Origin: Felis catus
Taxonomy: Eukaryota
Assembly: GCF_018350175.1 (NCBI RefSeq)
Contig: NC_058368.1
Span: forward strand, 232,626,001 to 232,690,000
Direction: 5' to 3'
DNA: 64,000 nucleotides
In this document: positions 1-12,460 of the stretch, in pieces
How the letters are laid out: each line of letters starts with the position of its first letter
How positions within the stretch are numbered: the stretch's first letter is position 1
Position numbers and translations under genes: made by a program
The notes under the pieces: generated by a model
What the model was told of the DNA's origin: nothing
Databases searched by the model: none
The model's input: the letters and a program-made list of their open reading frames with translations, nothing else

Positions 1-1034
1 GTCCTCCTCTCACTGAATAAAGGACTTTGTCATTTTACGGTGGACAGCCGGGAACCCAGGAGTTGAAATCAGTGACCCAGGAGGTGAGGTGAGAGAGGCA
101 GCTCTTTGTTGTTTGTTTTGTTTGTTCATTTTGGACTTTAATGACTGATTTTATAAGAGCTTCACTGGCTCTATGTGCACAGAATTGCTCAGGACCCCAG
201 GACGTGGAAAGGGCGTCCGGGCGGTGTGCACGAGGCCACGCTTCGATGTTGTCTGATACTCAAGAGCCCAGGACTTGGGAGACTTGGGGTCTGAGGCTCG
301 GGGCGCCTCCGCCTTCCTAGGGGTCCCCCCAGCTCCCATGGCATAGCCAGGACACCCGTCCCAGAGCCTCAGCTCTGCTGGGCCACCCCCAGGAAGACCA
401 AACGTCTGCAGGAGCAAACCCTTAGTGGGAGGGCTGCGTGCAGAAATCGGGCGTCCTGGTCGGGGGCCTCGGGACGCAGGTTGATGAGGGAGAGGTCAGA
501 GGTCCTGTCGGAGTAGGGAGCACAGAGATGGGAGCCAGAGTGGGATGCCGCAGCCAAGGACGGGGGGCAGGGCAGGTGACTTCAAAGAAGGGACCCAGGC
601 CCAGTAGAATAAACAGCTCCCCGCATGCAGCCCTCCCCTCTCCCTGATCTCAAATGAAGCTCAGGTGTCCTGGGACTCTGGTGCCCGACGTATCCCTTCT
701 TCTTGCAAAGAGGGCGGCTCTGGTGAGGGTGCTCATGTTTGAGAGGAGGCTCCCTCCAAGCCTGGGGCTTCAGGTCCTGGACCCCACAGGGGTTGGGGGG
801 CCTGGGCTGGGGCTGTGGACCAGTGGTGCCCAGACTGCGACCACCCGACACAGGGGTAGCAGCCACTCAGGGACCATCAGTTCAGGGCCAGGAGCCCGGG
901 GCCCATCCTGCACATCTCCAAGGGACCATCATTGGGGACTTCCTGGCTGTTCTGTCCTGAGTGGGACTCCTGAGGCCAGGCTTCCAACTTGGAAGGTGAA
1001 AATATAATCTTGATCAGTAATGCAAAGTGTCCCG

Positions 1035-1350
1035 GGGGTGCCTGGGTGGCTCAATAGGTTAAGCCACTTTGGCTCAGGTCATGATGTCAATAATTAGTGC
1101 CTTTGAGCCCCTGGGTTGGCCAGTGGGAAGCCTGCTTGGGATTCTCAATCTGCCCTCTCTCTGCCCCTCCCCCAGTCACCTTTCTCTCTCTCTCTCTCTC
1201 TCTCTCTGTCTCAAAATAAGTTAATAAACTTTGAAAGAAAGAAAGAAAGAAAGAAAGAAAGAAAAAAGAAAAGAAAAGAAAAAAGAAAAGAAAAGAAAAA
1301 AGAAGAAGAAAGAAAGAAAGAAAGGAAGGGAGGAAGGAAGAAAGGGAAGG
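1035..1350 (+). mobile_element. Can-SINE (older subfamily) with tail expanded into (GAAA)n/(GGAA)n
   Basis: ggggtgcctgggtggctca head, (CT)n, aaaataa tail; TSD aaagtgtcccgg (1024) / aaagggtcccgg (1351). Confidence 0.9.
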
Positions 1351-1659
1351 AAAGGGTCCCGGCTTAGGCCATGTCTACCTGGGGGTGTGTGCAGGTGGGA
1401 AGCAGGAGAAGGGGGCTCATCCGTCTCTAACTGCCCCACGGCCAGGAGCCCACCACCCTCCTCCCCCTTCTGAGTGTGTCCTCCACCCTCCCCCTTTCCT
1501 CTGTCTTCTCTGGCGGCTTAGCTCTCGCTTTCCTCTTGTCCAACAAGAAGAAATCATGAAGGACAACTCAAGAAAGATTCCCAATGTCACAGGCAGCTTG
1601 GAGTTCCCAATCTCAAAGTCTGAGAGTCTTCAGGGGAAAATTCCTTTTCCCCATGTGTA

Positions 1660-1660
1660 C

Positions 1661-1742
<82 letters not shown>
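1660..1742. repeat. (CT)n microsatellite
   Basis: direct inspection. Confidence 0.95.
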
Positions 1743-1745
<3 letters not shown>

Positions 1746-2059
1746 ACCACACACACATCTCAGTACTCTATGACATTATTTAGAGACTGCACTAGACTTC
1801 TGTTTATGTTCATCTGGGAGTTTCCACAATACAATTTGTAAACTTGAGTTTCATTCTTGTTTTTGTTTTACTGTTTTGCTTGAGTAGGACTTCAACAGAT
1901 GTTGGTGGGAGGTAACGTCCTCCGGATGCCAGAAACCTCTCCAGTCCTTCCCAGCACATCTGTTGTACACACCCCAAAGTAAGTTTTGGGACAGGAAAAC
2001 CCTATATTACGCTATTCCAATAAAGTCCAATGTGTCGATACTTCTTAAACATTTTTATC

Positions 2060-2510
2060 TCCTCTTAAAGTCACCCCAAGCCTATTTGCAGTCAGTCCCT
2101 GGTTGCCCCTCCCCCAGTAACCTGCTATTGTCTCTTAACAGGGTTGCATTTTCTGGACATTCCATATAACTGGAATCAGACAGTATGTAATTTGTTGGAT
2201 CTAGCCTCTTCGGTTTAGCATAACGTTTTAAAGGTTCATCCATGTCGTAGCATATGTCAGAATTTCACTGCTTTGTATGGCTGAATATTTCATTGCGTGT
2301 ATAAACCCCCTCTTGGTTATCCATTTATCAACTGATGGGCATTGGGGTTGTTCCCCTTTGAAGCTATTATGAATCCTGTTGCTACGAACATTTGTGCACC
2401 TGCGTGGACCTGTGCATTCAATTATCTTGCATATGTAACTAAGAATGGCATTTCTCAGTCGCATGCTAACTGTATGTATAACTTTTGGTGGAACTGCCTG
2501 ATGGTTTTCT
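2060..2510 (-). mobile_element. Old L1 (L1MB/L1MC-like) 3' fragment
   Basis: antisense L1 motifs ggttcatccatgtcgtagcat, tatccatttatcaactgatgggcattgg. Confidence 0.8.
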
Positions 2511-2699
2511 AAATTTCTGGTGGCTATTGGCATGCTCTGGCTTGTGTCCACATCACTCCTGCCTCTGTCTTCACATGACCTTCTCTCTTTGTGTGTGTCT
2601 GTGTGTGTGTGTGCGCGCGCACGCCTCTCTCTTATAAAGATATTTGTAATGGAACTTAAGGTTCATAGAGATAATTAACTTAAATGCAACTTAAGCATT

Positions 2700-4260
2700 G
2701 TTGAAATACAATTATTCAAAGTACTTCTTTATAATCTTTTTAAAAAATATTGAATGGTCATGAGCAAAGTCTCTTCTTTTACTCTTGAATTTGGAAATTT
2801 GGGTCTTTTTTTCCTTCATCAATCTAGCAAGAGGTTTATCCATTTTGTTGATCTTTGCAAAAAATGAACTTCTGCTTACATTGGTTTTTTTTTCCTGTTT
2901 TCCATTCTCTAGTTCTTTTCTATTTTTTAGCTTTATTATTGCATTATTTGTATTTACTTCAATTTCCTTTTTTTGAGCTTTACTTTATATACTTTCTACT
3001 CCAGAATTCTATTTGATTCTGCAACTACCACTCCTCCCCCCGATTTCTATTATTTTCATTTATAGTCTCTACATTTGCTCCTACCTTCCTTCAGTTCTTT
3101 CGACATAGTTTCATCTGGTTCTCTGAACACGAAACGGTAATAAAAGTCTTGGTCTAGTAAGTCCAACATCTGGGCGTCCTCAGGGACAATTTCTAATTTC
3201 TTTTCATACCTCATAATCTATTGTTGAAAATTGGATGTTTTAAATAATATAATCTTGCAACTCTGAAATCAGATCCTTCCCTTTCCCAAGAGTTTCTTGG
3301 TGCTGTTGTTACTGCTATTTTGTTTGTTTACTGACTTTCCTAAACGAATTCAGGTCCTTATTCTTTATTGTGCATAACAACTTAAGTCTCTACTTAGTAA
3401 GCTTTGTGGTCATCCAATTATCCAGTAGAAATTTCCATACATGCTTGGACACAGTGAGTCTCCCACCTTTGCTGCAAAGCTCTGTGCACCCGTTGGGGCA
3501 TGCACCTTCAATCGCTCCAGCAGGCAGTTCCCAGCTCTGTCCTGCCCTTTAATTCCTACTTGTGCAGGGCCTCAAGAGAAGTTACAGATATGAGATTGGA
3601 GCCTTCTCGGGTCTTCCCTACGCATTCAGACAGCTGTTCCTATGTATGTGACTTCTAGTTCCCCAGAAATATGTGAGGCCTTTACGGGGTCCCTATGGAC
3701 ATCTCATTCTACAATTTTTCCCTTTAAATTTTTGGCTAACAATTTCTTGTTTGCTCCAACTTAGGCAGTGGCAATGTTTAACAACTATTGTCAAAAAATC
3801 CCAGGGGAAAAACTGTTTATACTAACGGAACTCTTGGTCAGGAGTGGGTCTGTAAGTTGGAAGGATCCAGGGAAAAGACAGGTCAAATAGTCACAGTTGT
3901 ATGGCGTGGGTTTGGGGGAACTCCAAACTCGATCTGCCCCTTTGAGTGGCTTCCAGAATACTGTTGCTACTGTGCTTCCCGGGGCGTTGGTTTTTAAGGT
4001 GATCCTGAAGTTGCACAAGCCTAAGACGAGGGTGAGAAGAACGCAGTGAGTTAGATCATTAGGAATATCACTGTCGATACCAATATCCAGCTATTTTCTA
4101 GAATAAAGCCTCTTCGATTTTAAAAGAGTTTGCTTAACCTTTAGGGTTTTGAAAATGTGGGTTTGGGCAATTATTGTTAGTGCTTTGGCTGCTTACACGA
4201 AGGAGCAGATTTTGGAGAGTCACTGAATCGCCATTACAGAAGTGGATCTTACAACGGATC
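2700..4260 (-). mobile_element. Degraded ancient L1 (L1M) fragments
   Basis: T-rich antisense L1-like text (aatctagcaagaggtttatccattttgttgatctttgcaaaaaa; ctagtaagtccaacatctggg); boundaries approximate. Confidence 0.55.
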
Positions 4261-4280
4261 TTTAAAATGTGGGATGCAAA

Positions 4281-4505
4281 GGGGCGCCTGGGTGGCTCAG
4301 TCAGTTGAGCGTCCACCTTCGGCTCAGGTCATGATCTTGCGGTTCGTGAGTTCGAGCCCCGCGTCGGGTTCTGTGCTGACAGCTCGGAGCCTGGAGCCTG
4401 TTTTGGATTCTGTGTCTCCCTCTCTCTCTGCCCCTCCCCTGCTCACACTCTGTCTCTCTCTCTGTGTTTCTCAAAAAATAAATAAATGTTAAAAAAATTT
4501 TTTTT
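4281..4505 (+). mobile_element. Can-SINE (SINEC_Fc-type)
   Basis: full head-to-tail element; TSD aaa(t/c)gtgggatgca at 4265/4506. Confidence 0.95.
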
Positions 4506-7063
4506 AAACGTGGGATGCATGAAATCGTTTGAATACTACCTTCCTTATGGATCTCCAGCCCAAGAGAAATCAAATACAGATGAAGAGGAAAGAAGAAGAA
4601 TCATCGCTGTACAACTGTACATAATGTTTACCTTCCGAACAGCAGCAGGGGACAAATCTATGGCCGGCACTTGTAGGGGGACCTGAAGATTTGCAAAAGC
4701 ATCCAGCTCAATGGTCTTCTTCGGTTCTCTCTGCCAAAATTAAAGCTCTTGTAATCACTGCTCCAATGCGTTTTCTTTTCTCCTTGTCGGTGAAAAGAAT
4801 TCTGTCAAAAATACTGTAAAACGTCTGAATTCTGGAGAAAGGAAGGTGGCCTGTAATATGTGTATAAAATTTACAGAAAGCAGAAGGAGCCTTTATATCT
4901 ACAGAAACATAGCTGCATTCTCGTTGGGGAAATTTTTAAATTACACGAGCCATTATTCTTTCAAGTTCGGCTGTTAGAAACGGAATAGAGATGCTCTTTG
5001 TACTATGAAACATAAACTTTGTTTAGAATGCTTTATACATTTGTGTTTGATCAAAATTATAGGTATCTGTTTATTTTTTGCCATGTAATGTATGACAATT
5101 CTTTGTGAGTAGAGCTCTTTCAGAAATAATGATTATAGGACTGTCAGATCACCACTCAAGTCAGCTTGGAAAAAATTCAGCTAATTACAGAATTGAATCT
5201 AAAGTTAAAACCTGGTTTTATCTCACCTCATTTACTGATCAACCCAAAGAATGTCAGTCAGTTGGTGGTGGGGAGGTCGGGGGAGGAAGGGGTATGTTAT
5301 ACCTTCATCTAAATAAGTGCACACTATTCCTGTTTTCCCACCCAAATTTACAGGAAAGGGTGCAATCCCTTCTAAAGCAAAGTGTAGTTCATGCATGTTC
5401 CTGGCTGGGAACTCAGTATATTTTTTTTTTCCAGGAAGTTCAAAGGGCTTGCCTCCAAGGCTCTGAAACACAAAAACGTTAAATACGTTGGTGTTTGTTA
5501 TTTTAACTGACTCTGCAGAGCACGCTAGAACATCTGCTATTTCTTATTTATATATCTGTCACAGCGGCTGTGAAGGAACTCTCCAAAGAGCAGGACCTCA
5601 GATGGGGCACCTTCTCGGCCACTGATAGCACGAAAATGAGTGGGAGCGAGATGTTTCGGTCTTTGTTTTTGCTTGTTCGTTTCTTTGGTCTTCTTCGGAG
5701 AGGAAAGACGATCTGGCTGGGGGAGAAATGCCCAGAAGAGACTGAAGGCCAGTGGGCACGAGGGAGGAAAGTGCCTTGGCCGCCGGGAGGAAGCTTTTGA
5801 AAGTAAACCAGATTGCGCACAGTGCGGCTTCCGCTGGCTGTGTGGCCATGCGTGCTGATGCATCCTGACTTCAACACCGGCTGTCCTGTTCATAGGTCTC
5901 CATTGCGGAGTGGGTTGAGAGGCAGGACGTCCTGTTTTCTACTTGGTGCAGGCACTTCTGGGAGCAGTGGAGTCTGCAACCCCAGGAGAGCTTGGAAGGT
6001 GGGGGAAGGTCACCTGCTCTTAATGCAATACCTTCTTTTGGTTGGCAGATGGGAGGGTCCGCACATTTCCCCGGGGGAGAAGAGATGCTGGCAATGTCTC
6101 TCATGCTGAACATGTGTCAGGTCACATCATATCAACTGCAGTTTGCCACGCCGCTGGTCCCGTGAGATGTCCCAAACTGCTGTGTTTTGACACTTCATGT
6201 GTAACAAAATGCCAGTGTTGTATCTTTGCTATTCCCACTGAAAGAAGTAAAGCTCTCACTCACCCATAACTTGGTGCTATTTTTGCTATAGTCGTCTTAA
6301 CTCGGAACCTCTGTCTCCTCTGCATGATTTATGAGAGGTGAGCACTTAGCTCTGAATACGCAAATCATAGTGCCCTCTTCGACAAACACTGATAGATCAC
6401 AGAGAGGTTAGTAGTTGGTAAAGTAGGAGAGAATATTCCAGAAGGAAGGCTTGTATGAGCAGGATAGGGATGGGGAGATCTGATAATATAGGTGGTTTGA
6501 GGAAGAGAGAGAACATGGTGCCCGATGTCATTGACATCACCTTTTGTCTGAATCGAGGAGTCCCCTGCCTTCTTCCTGAGTCAAGGTCGCATAAAATAAC
6601 ACTTTCCTATATGCAGAAAAAAGTGCACGTTGAGACACTTTCTCTCCTTTGCCGCAGGCATCTCCCTCCAACTCCTGAGCAGTGTCGCCCCACCGCTTGC
6701 TCCTGAGGTCCCCCTGTCTGCCCTCTGGCCCCAACTAGCCAGTGTCTCTGTGCTAAATCACAGCTCTCTCTGGCCTGCCACAACATGACAGGGATGACAG
6801 ATCTTTGTCTTCAGGAAGGGCAAACTTTACTAAGACAAAGGAGCAGCTCTGTGAACAGGTCTCGCAGGGAAAGTGTAGGTGAAAAAGAAGAGGGAGGGAA
6901 GTATTGTTGCTAAAGACAGAGAATTCTCCAGTACACATGTGGCTTTTCAGTCTTTGGAAGAACAGTGACTCAGCCCTACAAGAAAAAAGACTCCAGAAAG
7001 ACTGACTTAAACACAAGGGGAACCATTGGTACCTAATAGATGCTTTTTTAAAATCTGGGATGA

Positions 7064-7283
7064 GAGGCACCTGGGTGGCTCAGTCGGTTGGGCGTCTGAC
7101 TTCGGCTCAGGTCATGATCTCACGGTCCGTGAGTTCGAGCCCGGCTTCGGGCTCTGTGCTGTCAGTCCAGAGCCTGGAACCTGCTTTGGATTCTGTGACT
7201 CCCTCTCTCTCTGCCCCTCCCCCACTCACGCTCTGTCTCTCTCTATCAAAAAATGAATAAACGTTAAAAAACATTTAAAAATA
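7064..7283 (+). mobile_element. Can-SINE
   Basis: full element; TSD aatctgggatga. Confidence 0.95.
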
Positions 7284-8262
7284 CAATCTGGGATGAAATG
7301 GAAGAAAGAACTTTCTAGAAGGTAAGAAGATGCAATGACAGTTGAAGCCCTCCCATGATCCGACACTGACAGATGGAGGCACCTTCTCCATCTCCCACCA
7401 AATAATCCTGTTGTTCTCAGCTGTGGCTCAAACTAATCCAAGCATAATTTGTATTTGCCTTCTTAAAAGGTACTGGTGATCCCTGTTCTGTATACAGTTA
7501 GGGAAGATTAACAAAAGATAAGCTATGTGTCCACTGACTTACCATACCTGAGAGCCCCCTGTGAAGACAAAACACCACAGAGGTGCGCCGTTCTGCCCCA
7601 CTGACCCTTGGGGCACAGGCTGCCTTCTAAGGGGAGCAGGTGACAAACTCCTGTCCCCTCCTGGTGACAATGTGTCTGCAGCAGTGTTTAAAAATCTCAG
7701 AATATCCCCAGATGTCCCTAACGTGGAGAAAACCAAGGATTGCCTTCATGTGTCCCGTGTCTTCAGCAGGAATTCAAACTCTGATTTAGCAACTATTTGA
7801 CTCATGATAATACTCCGTTTAATGAAACAAAAGATTTGCTAGTTCTTTATCTTAATACAGAAAACTCCACTTTCAAAAGATTCTTCATAGTTGCATTTCC
7901 CCACCTCCGACTCCCATCATATCAAAGGACACCTGGAAATCCAGTCAAAGGGGGGCTCACAGATGTGTCTTCCCACCAGCGTGACCTCTAGCCGAGCTCC
8001 ACAGAGCGGATGTTCACTTATAGCTTTTACTTTGATTACTAAAATCTGCATGAGATGTGATTGAGACATGGGTAACTAGGTACAGAAATGTCCTCATAAT
8101 CGCCCGCAATATCGTTTAGCCTATTTTGATCTTGACTTTGCTTAACCAAGAAATACACAGGTGTCCAGTTCCTGAGAGAAATATCCCAGCGCAAATGAAA
8201 ACTTGGCCAGGTTGATGCAAATGGTCACCACAGAGAGCAATGTTTAAAAAGAACATATCCCA

Positions 8263-8489
8263 GGGGCGCCTGGGTGGCGCAGTCGGTTAAGCGTCCGACT
8301 TCAGCCAGGTCACGATCTCGCGGTCCGTGAGTTCGAGCCCCGCGTCAGGCTCTGGGCTGATGGCTCAGAGCCTGGAGCCTGTTTCCGATTCTGTGTCTCC
8401 CTCTCTCTCTGCCCCTCCCCCATTCATGCTCTGTCTCTCTCTGTCCCAAAAATAAATAAAAACGTTGAAAAAAAAATTAAAAAAAAAAA
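8263..8489 (+). mobile_element. Young feline Can-SINE (SINEC_Fc)
   Basis: CpG-intact ggggcgcctgggtggcgcagtcggttaagcgtccgacttcagccagg; perfect TSD aaaaagaacatatccca. Confidence 0.97.
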
Positions 8490-10323
8490 AAAAAGAACAT
8501 ATCCCAAACTGATTGAATGCTACTGTTTTCCTTAAAGCCAATATGACACTGTATTGGGCAAAGTTTATATTTACGGACTTGTTAAAATATATATTGGCCT
8601 TTAAACATTGAGTTTACATCCAATGTATGGCCCAAACAAGAAAACACGTTCTATGGTGTGGTTGATGGAGGAAACTCTTTAACCCTGTAGTTCAGAATAG
8701 GCCACCGATGGGATTGGGGACACAACAGATTATGAGATCAAAATAGTGGTAATCCATGTTTTTTGTTTGTTTGTTTGTTTTGCAAAAAGAATATCGAAAC
8801 TCTCGTAATTAGACCATCTAACTGGTAACTAAAAATGCAAGTGTTTTTCCAACCGGAAGCTCTTGGGCATGCAGGGAAGGTCCAGTATAGCCTGCATCAG
8901 TGAGGCAGCGTTGGCCATCAGCATGTTCCCTCCAGTGGTGTCCTTCCAAAAGCCCTTCCCCACAGCCCTGCCTCCAATTGCCATGTCCCTTCCTGAGCCA
9001 CACTTCCCTGGCCAAGAAGCCTGGTTGTGTTCTTCAGAATTCTTCAGTCCACGTCAGTCACAAAGAGATGACCAACCCCCATACCTTGTGGGGTTATCAT
9101 GAGGAATAAACAGGATAACTCATGAGCAGCTCTTTGTAAACCCAAAAATTCTCCCCCTGGACCATCAGGTTCCATGTTTGCCCCTCTGACTCAGCACCCA
9201 CACTCTGGACCAATTTCAGGTCTCAGCAGTTTTAGCAGCCCTCTGACCTCTTCCTGACAGACATGTCTCTTTCTTCCACCAGAAACGTATGTACCCCTTA
9301 AGAAACTGTAGGTATTTCAGACAGAAATAAAAAGATAATTTAGTTAAAAGCAATTTTCATCTTTCCAATAGTATTGAATTTCAATTTGTCTAAAACAAAA
9401 CACGAGAAACAAAAGAGGTATTGAATATTGGGTAAAAAATTCATCACCTATTCTGATAACTTTTTTTAAACATCTTCCTCCAAGAATTGGCATTGACCTC
9501 TGCTCTAGGATATATGGCCATAAAATGGTCCAATAGCTTTATCAGCACCTTGCGAACTTCATTGTAGAATCAAAAACCTCCATATAAACATTAAACTTCT
9601 GTAGTTTACCTGAAATTTACTATCCAAGGAAAGAATGAACACAGTAGGCTCTGAGGTCGACCATGTACATTCATGTGTCATGTTCTGTCTGCACTGTTGA
9701 TGGGCTACCTGAACCTGGGCAGCATGTCTGACTTCTTTGTGATGTTTCCTCACCTGTAAGCTGAAGACAGCAAGGGTATTTGTTTCAGGGCCTATGTTCA
9801 CATTGAACTTGTGATTGGACACGGAGCAGGGGAGACAGGGTAACCCACAAAATGCACGAGGCACTTAGTCTTGGAGGATGAGCCCATCCCAGAACTTGGG
9901 GTTCCTATTCATGTCCTTTATTAAATACCTAACTCACAGAACTTTGATTATTTATTCACCTTCCTGTCTCCGCATGACTCAGTTTCAAGCAGGCGGAAAC
10001 TATGACTTTCTCCCCTTTGTTCCAGTGTGTAGCAAATAGTTGTCAAATGAAGGAATGAGTGGATGGATGAATGAAGGTCTCCCAATAAAAACTTTCAGTG
10101 CTTCCATAACTGACAAAAACTCATGGACTTAACATGAAAAACCTTCCCCAATTTGTCTTGCAGCCCCCTTTACAGGCAAGCCTTCTCCAGTAAAATTAAT
10201 TTTACTTAGTCTTAAGACCAACAGAACTACTCTTGGCTCCCAAAACATGTCTTGAGTTCTTCTGTTTTTGACTATTCTTTCTTCTCCATGATCGCATACC
10301 TTCATCTAAAGCAGTCACTTAGT

Positions 10324-10566
10324 GGGGTGCCGGGGTGGCTCAGTCAGTTAGTGTCTGACTCTAGCTCAGGTCATGATCTCGCAATCTGTGAGTTCGAGCC
10401 CCGCGTGGAGCCCCGCATGGAGCCCTGCATCGATCTCTGTGCTGGCAACTCGGAGCCTGCTTGGAATTTTGTGTTTCCCTCTCTCTCTCTCTGCCCTTCC
10501 CCCACTTGTGTTCTGCCTGTCTCTGTCTCTCAAAAATAAATAAATGTAATAAAAATTAAAAAAAAA
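10324..10566 (+). mobile_element. Can-SINE with internal 12-bp triplication
   Basis: TSD taaagcagtcacttag; gagccccgcgtg-gagccccgcatg-gagccctgcatc. Confidence 0.93.
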
Positions 10567-10669
10567 TAAAGCAGTCACTTAGATATAGTAAAATACATCT
10601 CAACATTTCCCTTAGGGGTAATTAACTATATTTTGGAGATGAAAGAAAAGTCTACCTACAATTTTTTTT

Positions 10670-10852
10670 AAATGTCGATTGTTTCCTTCATTGTGCAGAA
10701 GCTTTTTAATCTGACCTAGTCCCAGTTGTCTATTTTTGCTTTTGTTACCTGTGTTTTGGTGTCTTATTCAGGAAACCATTACTGAGACCAATGTCATGAA
10801 ACCCCCTCCCCCCCCCCCCCCGTTTTCATCAGAAGTTTTGGTTTCAGGTCTT
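10670..10852 (-). mobile_element. Inverted 5' segment of L1 (ORF2 region)
   Basis: tgtgcagaagctttttaatctg...ttttgcttttgtt is antisense L1 ORF2. Confidence 0.85.
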
Positions 10853-12460
10853 GAATGTCCAAAATCACAATGAGATATCACCTCACATAAGTTAGGATGG
10901 CTATTATAAACAAAAACAAAAACAAAAGCAAAAAACCCCAAAAGACACAAATGTTGGCAAGGACGTAAAGAAATTGGGATCCTTGTACACTGTTGGTGGG
11001 AATGCAAATGCTGCAGCCATTTTGGAAAATAGTGTGGAGGTTCCTCGAAAACTTGGAAAGAGAACTACCATATGATCCCACAACCCTACATCAAAGTACT
11101 TTTCCAAAAGAATTAAAATCAGAATCTCATAAAGATATTAGCACTCCCATGTTCATTACAGCACTACTCATACTATCCAAGAATGGAAACAGCCTAAATG
11201 GCTTTCCATAGATGAAAAGATAAAGAAAATACAGTGTATGCATATGTGGGATAATAGAAAATACATGTATAGGTCTCTGCCCCCAGTTCCCTGGCACAGA
11301 GGTCCTAAAACCCCTGTGAGTTCTTAAGTGATCAGATTACAAAAAGCATCTTTTGGTTCAGTGAGGTAACTCTGGGTGAGCTCTGGGATGGCTCCTATAC
11401 TGGGGTTGGTCGTCAGAAAGATTAAGCCATGATTAGAAGCTTGGAATTTTCAGTCTCACCCCCTGCTTCTTTAAAGAGGACAGAGGGGCTAATTTCCAGA
11501 TTGGTGAACACATCCAGACTGGGAGAGTGATGCACCCCAGTTCCATGGGGTCAGAAGTTCCTGTAACTGATAGTCTCCGAGACTCTCCCTATATATCCCT
11601 TCCTCTGGGTGTTCATCTGTATCCTTTAATAAACAGGTAAGAGAAAGTAAGTGAATTCCTTGAATTCGGTGAATGGCTCTAGCAGATTAATTAAACTTGA
11701 GGAGGGGGTCATGGGAACCTCCTATTTGTAACGAAATTGTACAGAAATTGTGGGTAACCTGGGGACCCGCTTCTAGCACATCTGAAGGACAATGAGAGCA
11801 GCCTCGAGGGATCGAATCTTAACCTATGGGATCTGACACTATCTCGACATAGTGTTAGAATTGAGTTACATTGTATGACAACCAGCTAGTGTCACAGAGA
11901 ATTACCTGGTCTGGGAAAAACCTAAACATATTTGGTATCCAGAAGTGAAGTACCTTGTGTGAGCAGTAAAGGAGACACACAGAAGGGGAAGACAAGAGGA
12001 AAGAACTGGATTTTTCCCTCTTAGATGGAGAGAATGTAGTTTCTTTCTAATACAGCACACAACGGAATCGTATTCAGCCTTTACAAAAAGAAATCCTGCA
12101 TTATGTGATAACATGGACGAACATTGAGGACATTCTGCTCAGTGGAATAAACCAGTGATAGAAAGACAAATAAGGCATGATTCCACTTACATCAGGTATC
12201 TAAAATAGTCAAATTCATACAATCAAAGAGTGGAATAGCAGTTTCCAGAGACGGGAGGAAAGGGGAAAAGGGCAGCTGGTAATCAATGAACATAGAATTT
12301 CAATTAAAGCGAGTTGAATGTATTGCAGAGACCTGCAAAACAGCCTTGTGTCTTATAGCCAACAATACCATAGTATACACTTGAAACTTTGTTAAGAGGG
12401 AAGACTGCCAGTTATGTGTTCTTACCACAATAAAATAAAATAAAAAGTAAAATAAAATGT
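10853..12460 (+). mobile_element. L1 (L1MA-like) ORF2 end and 3' UTR, interrupted by an LTR
   Basis: caatgagatatcacctcac; ORF remnant LQPFWKIVWRFLENLERELPYDP; ends cttaccacaataaaataaaa. Confidence 0.9.
11245..12054. mobile_element. Solo LTR (MER21-like) inserted in L1
   Basis: TG...CA ends, 5-bp TSD gcata/gcaca; aagccatgattagaagcttggaattttcag MER21-like motif; L1 text resumes after it. Confidence 0.8.

Noticed and set aside
151..1007. Cluster of GC-rich ORFs at the window start
   Set aside because: Low-complexity G/P/R-rich translations overlapping in several frames; no recognisable domain
4274..4573. Recurrent peptides such as GAWVAQSVKRPTSAQVMI in many ORFs
   Set aside because: Translations of Can-SINE copies, not a gene family
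8263..8340. tRNA-like A/B boxes (tggcgcagtcgg...gagttcgagccc)
   Set aside because: tRNA-derived head of a Can-SINE, not a tRNA gene
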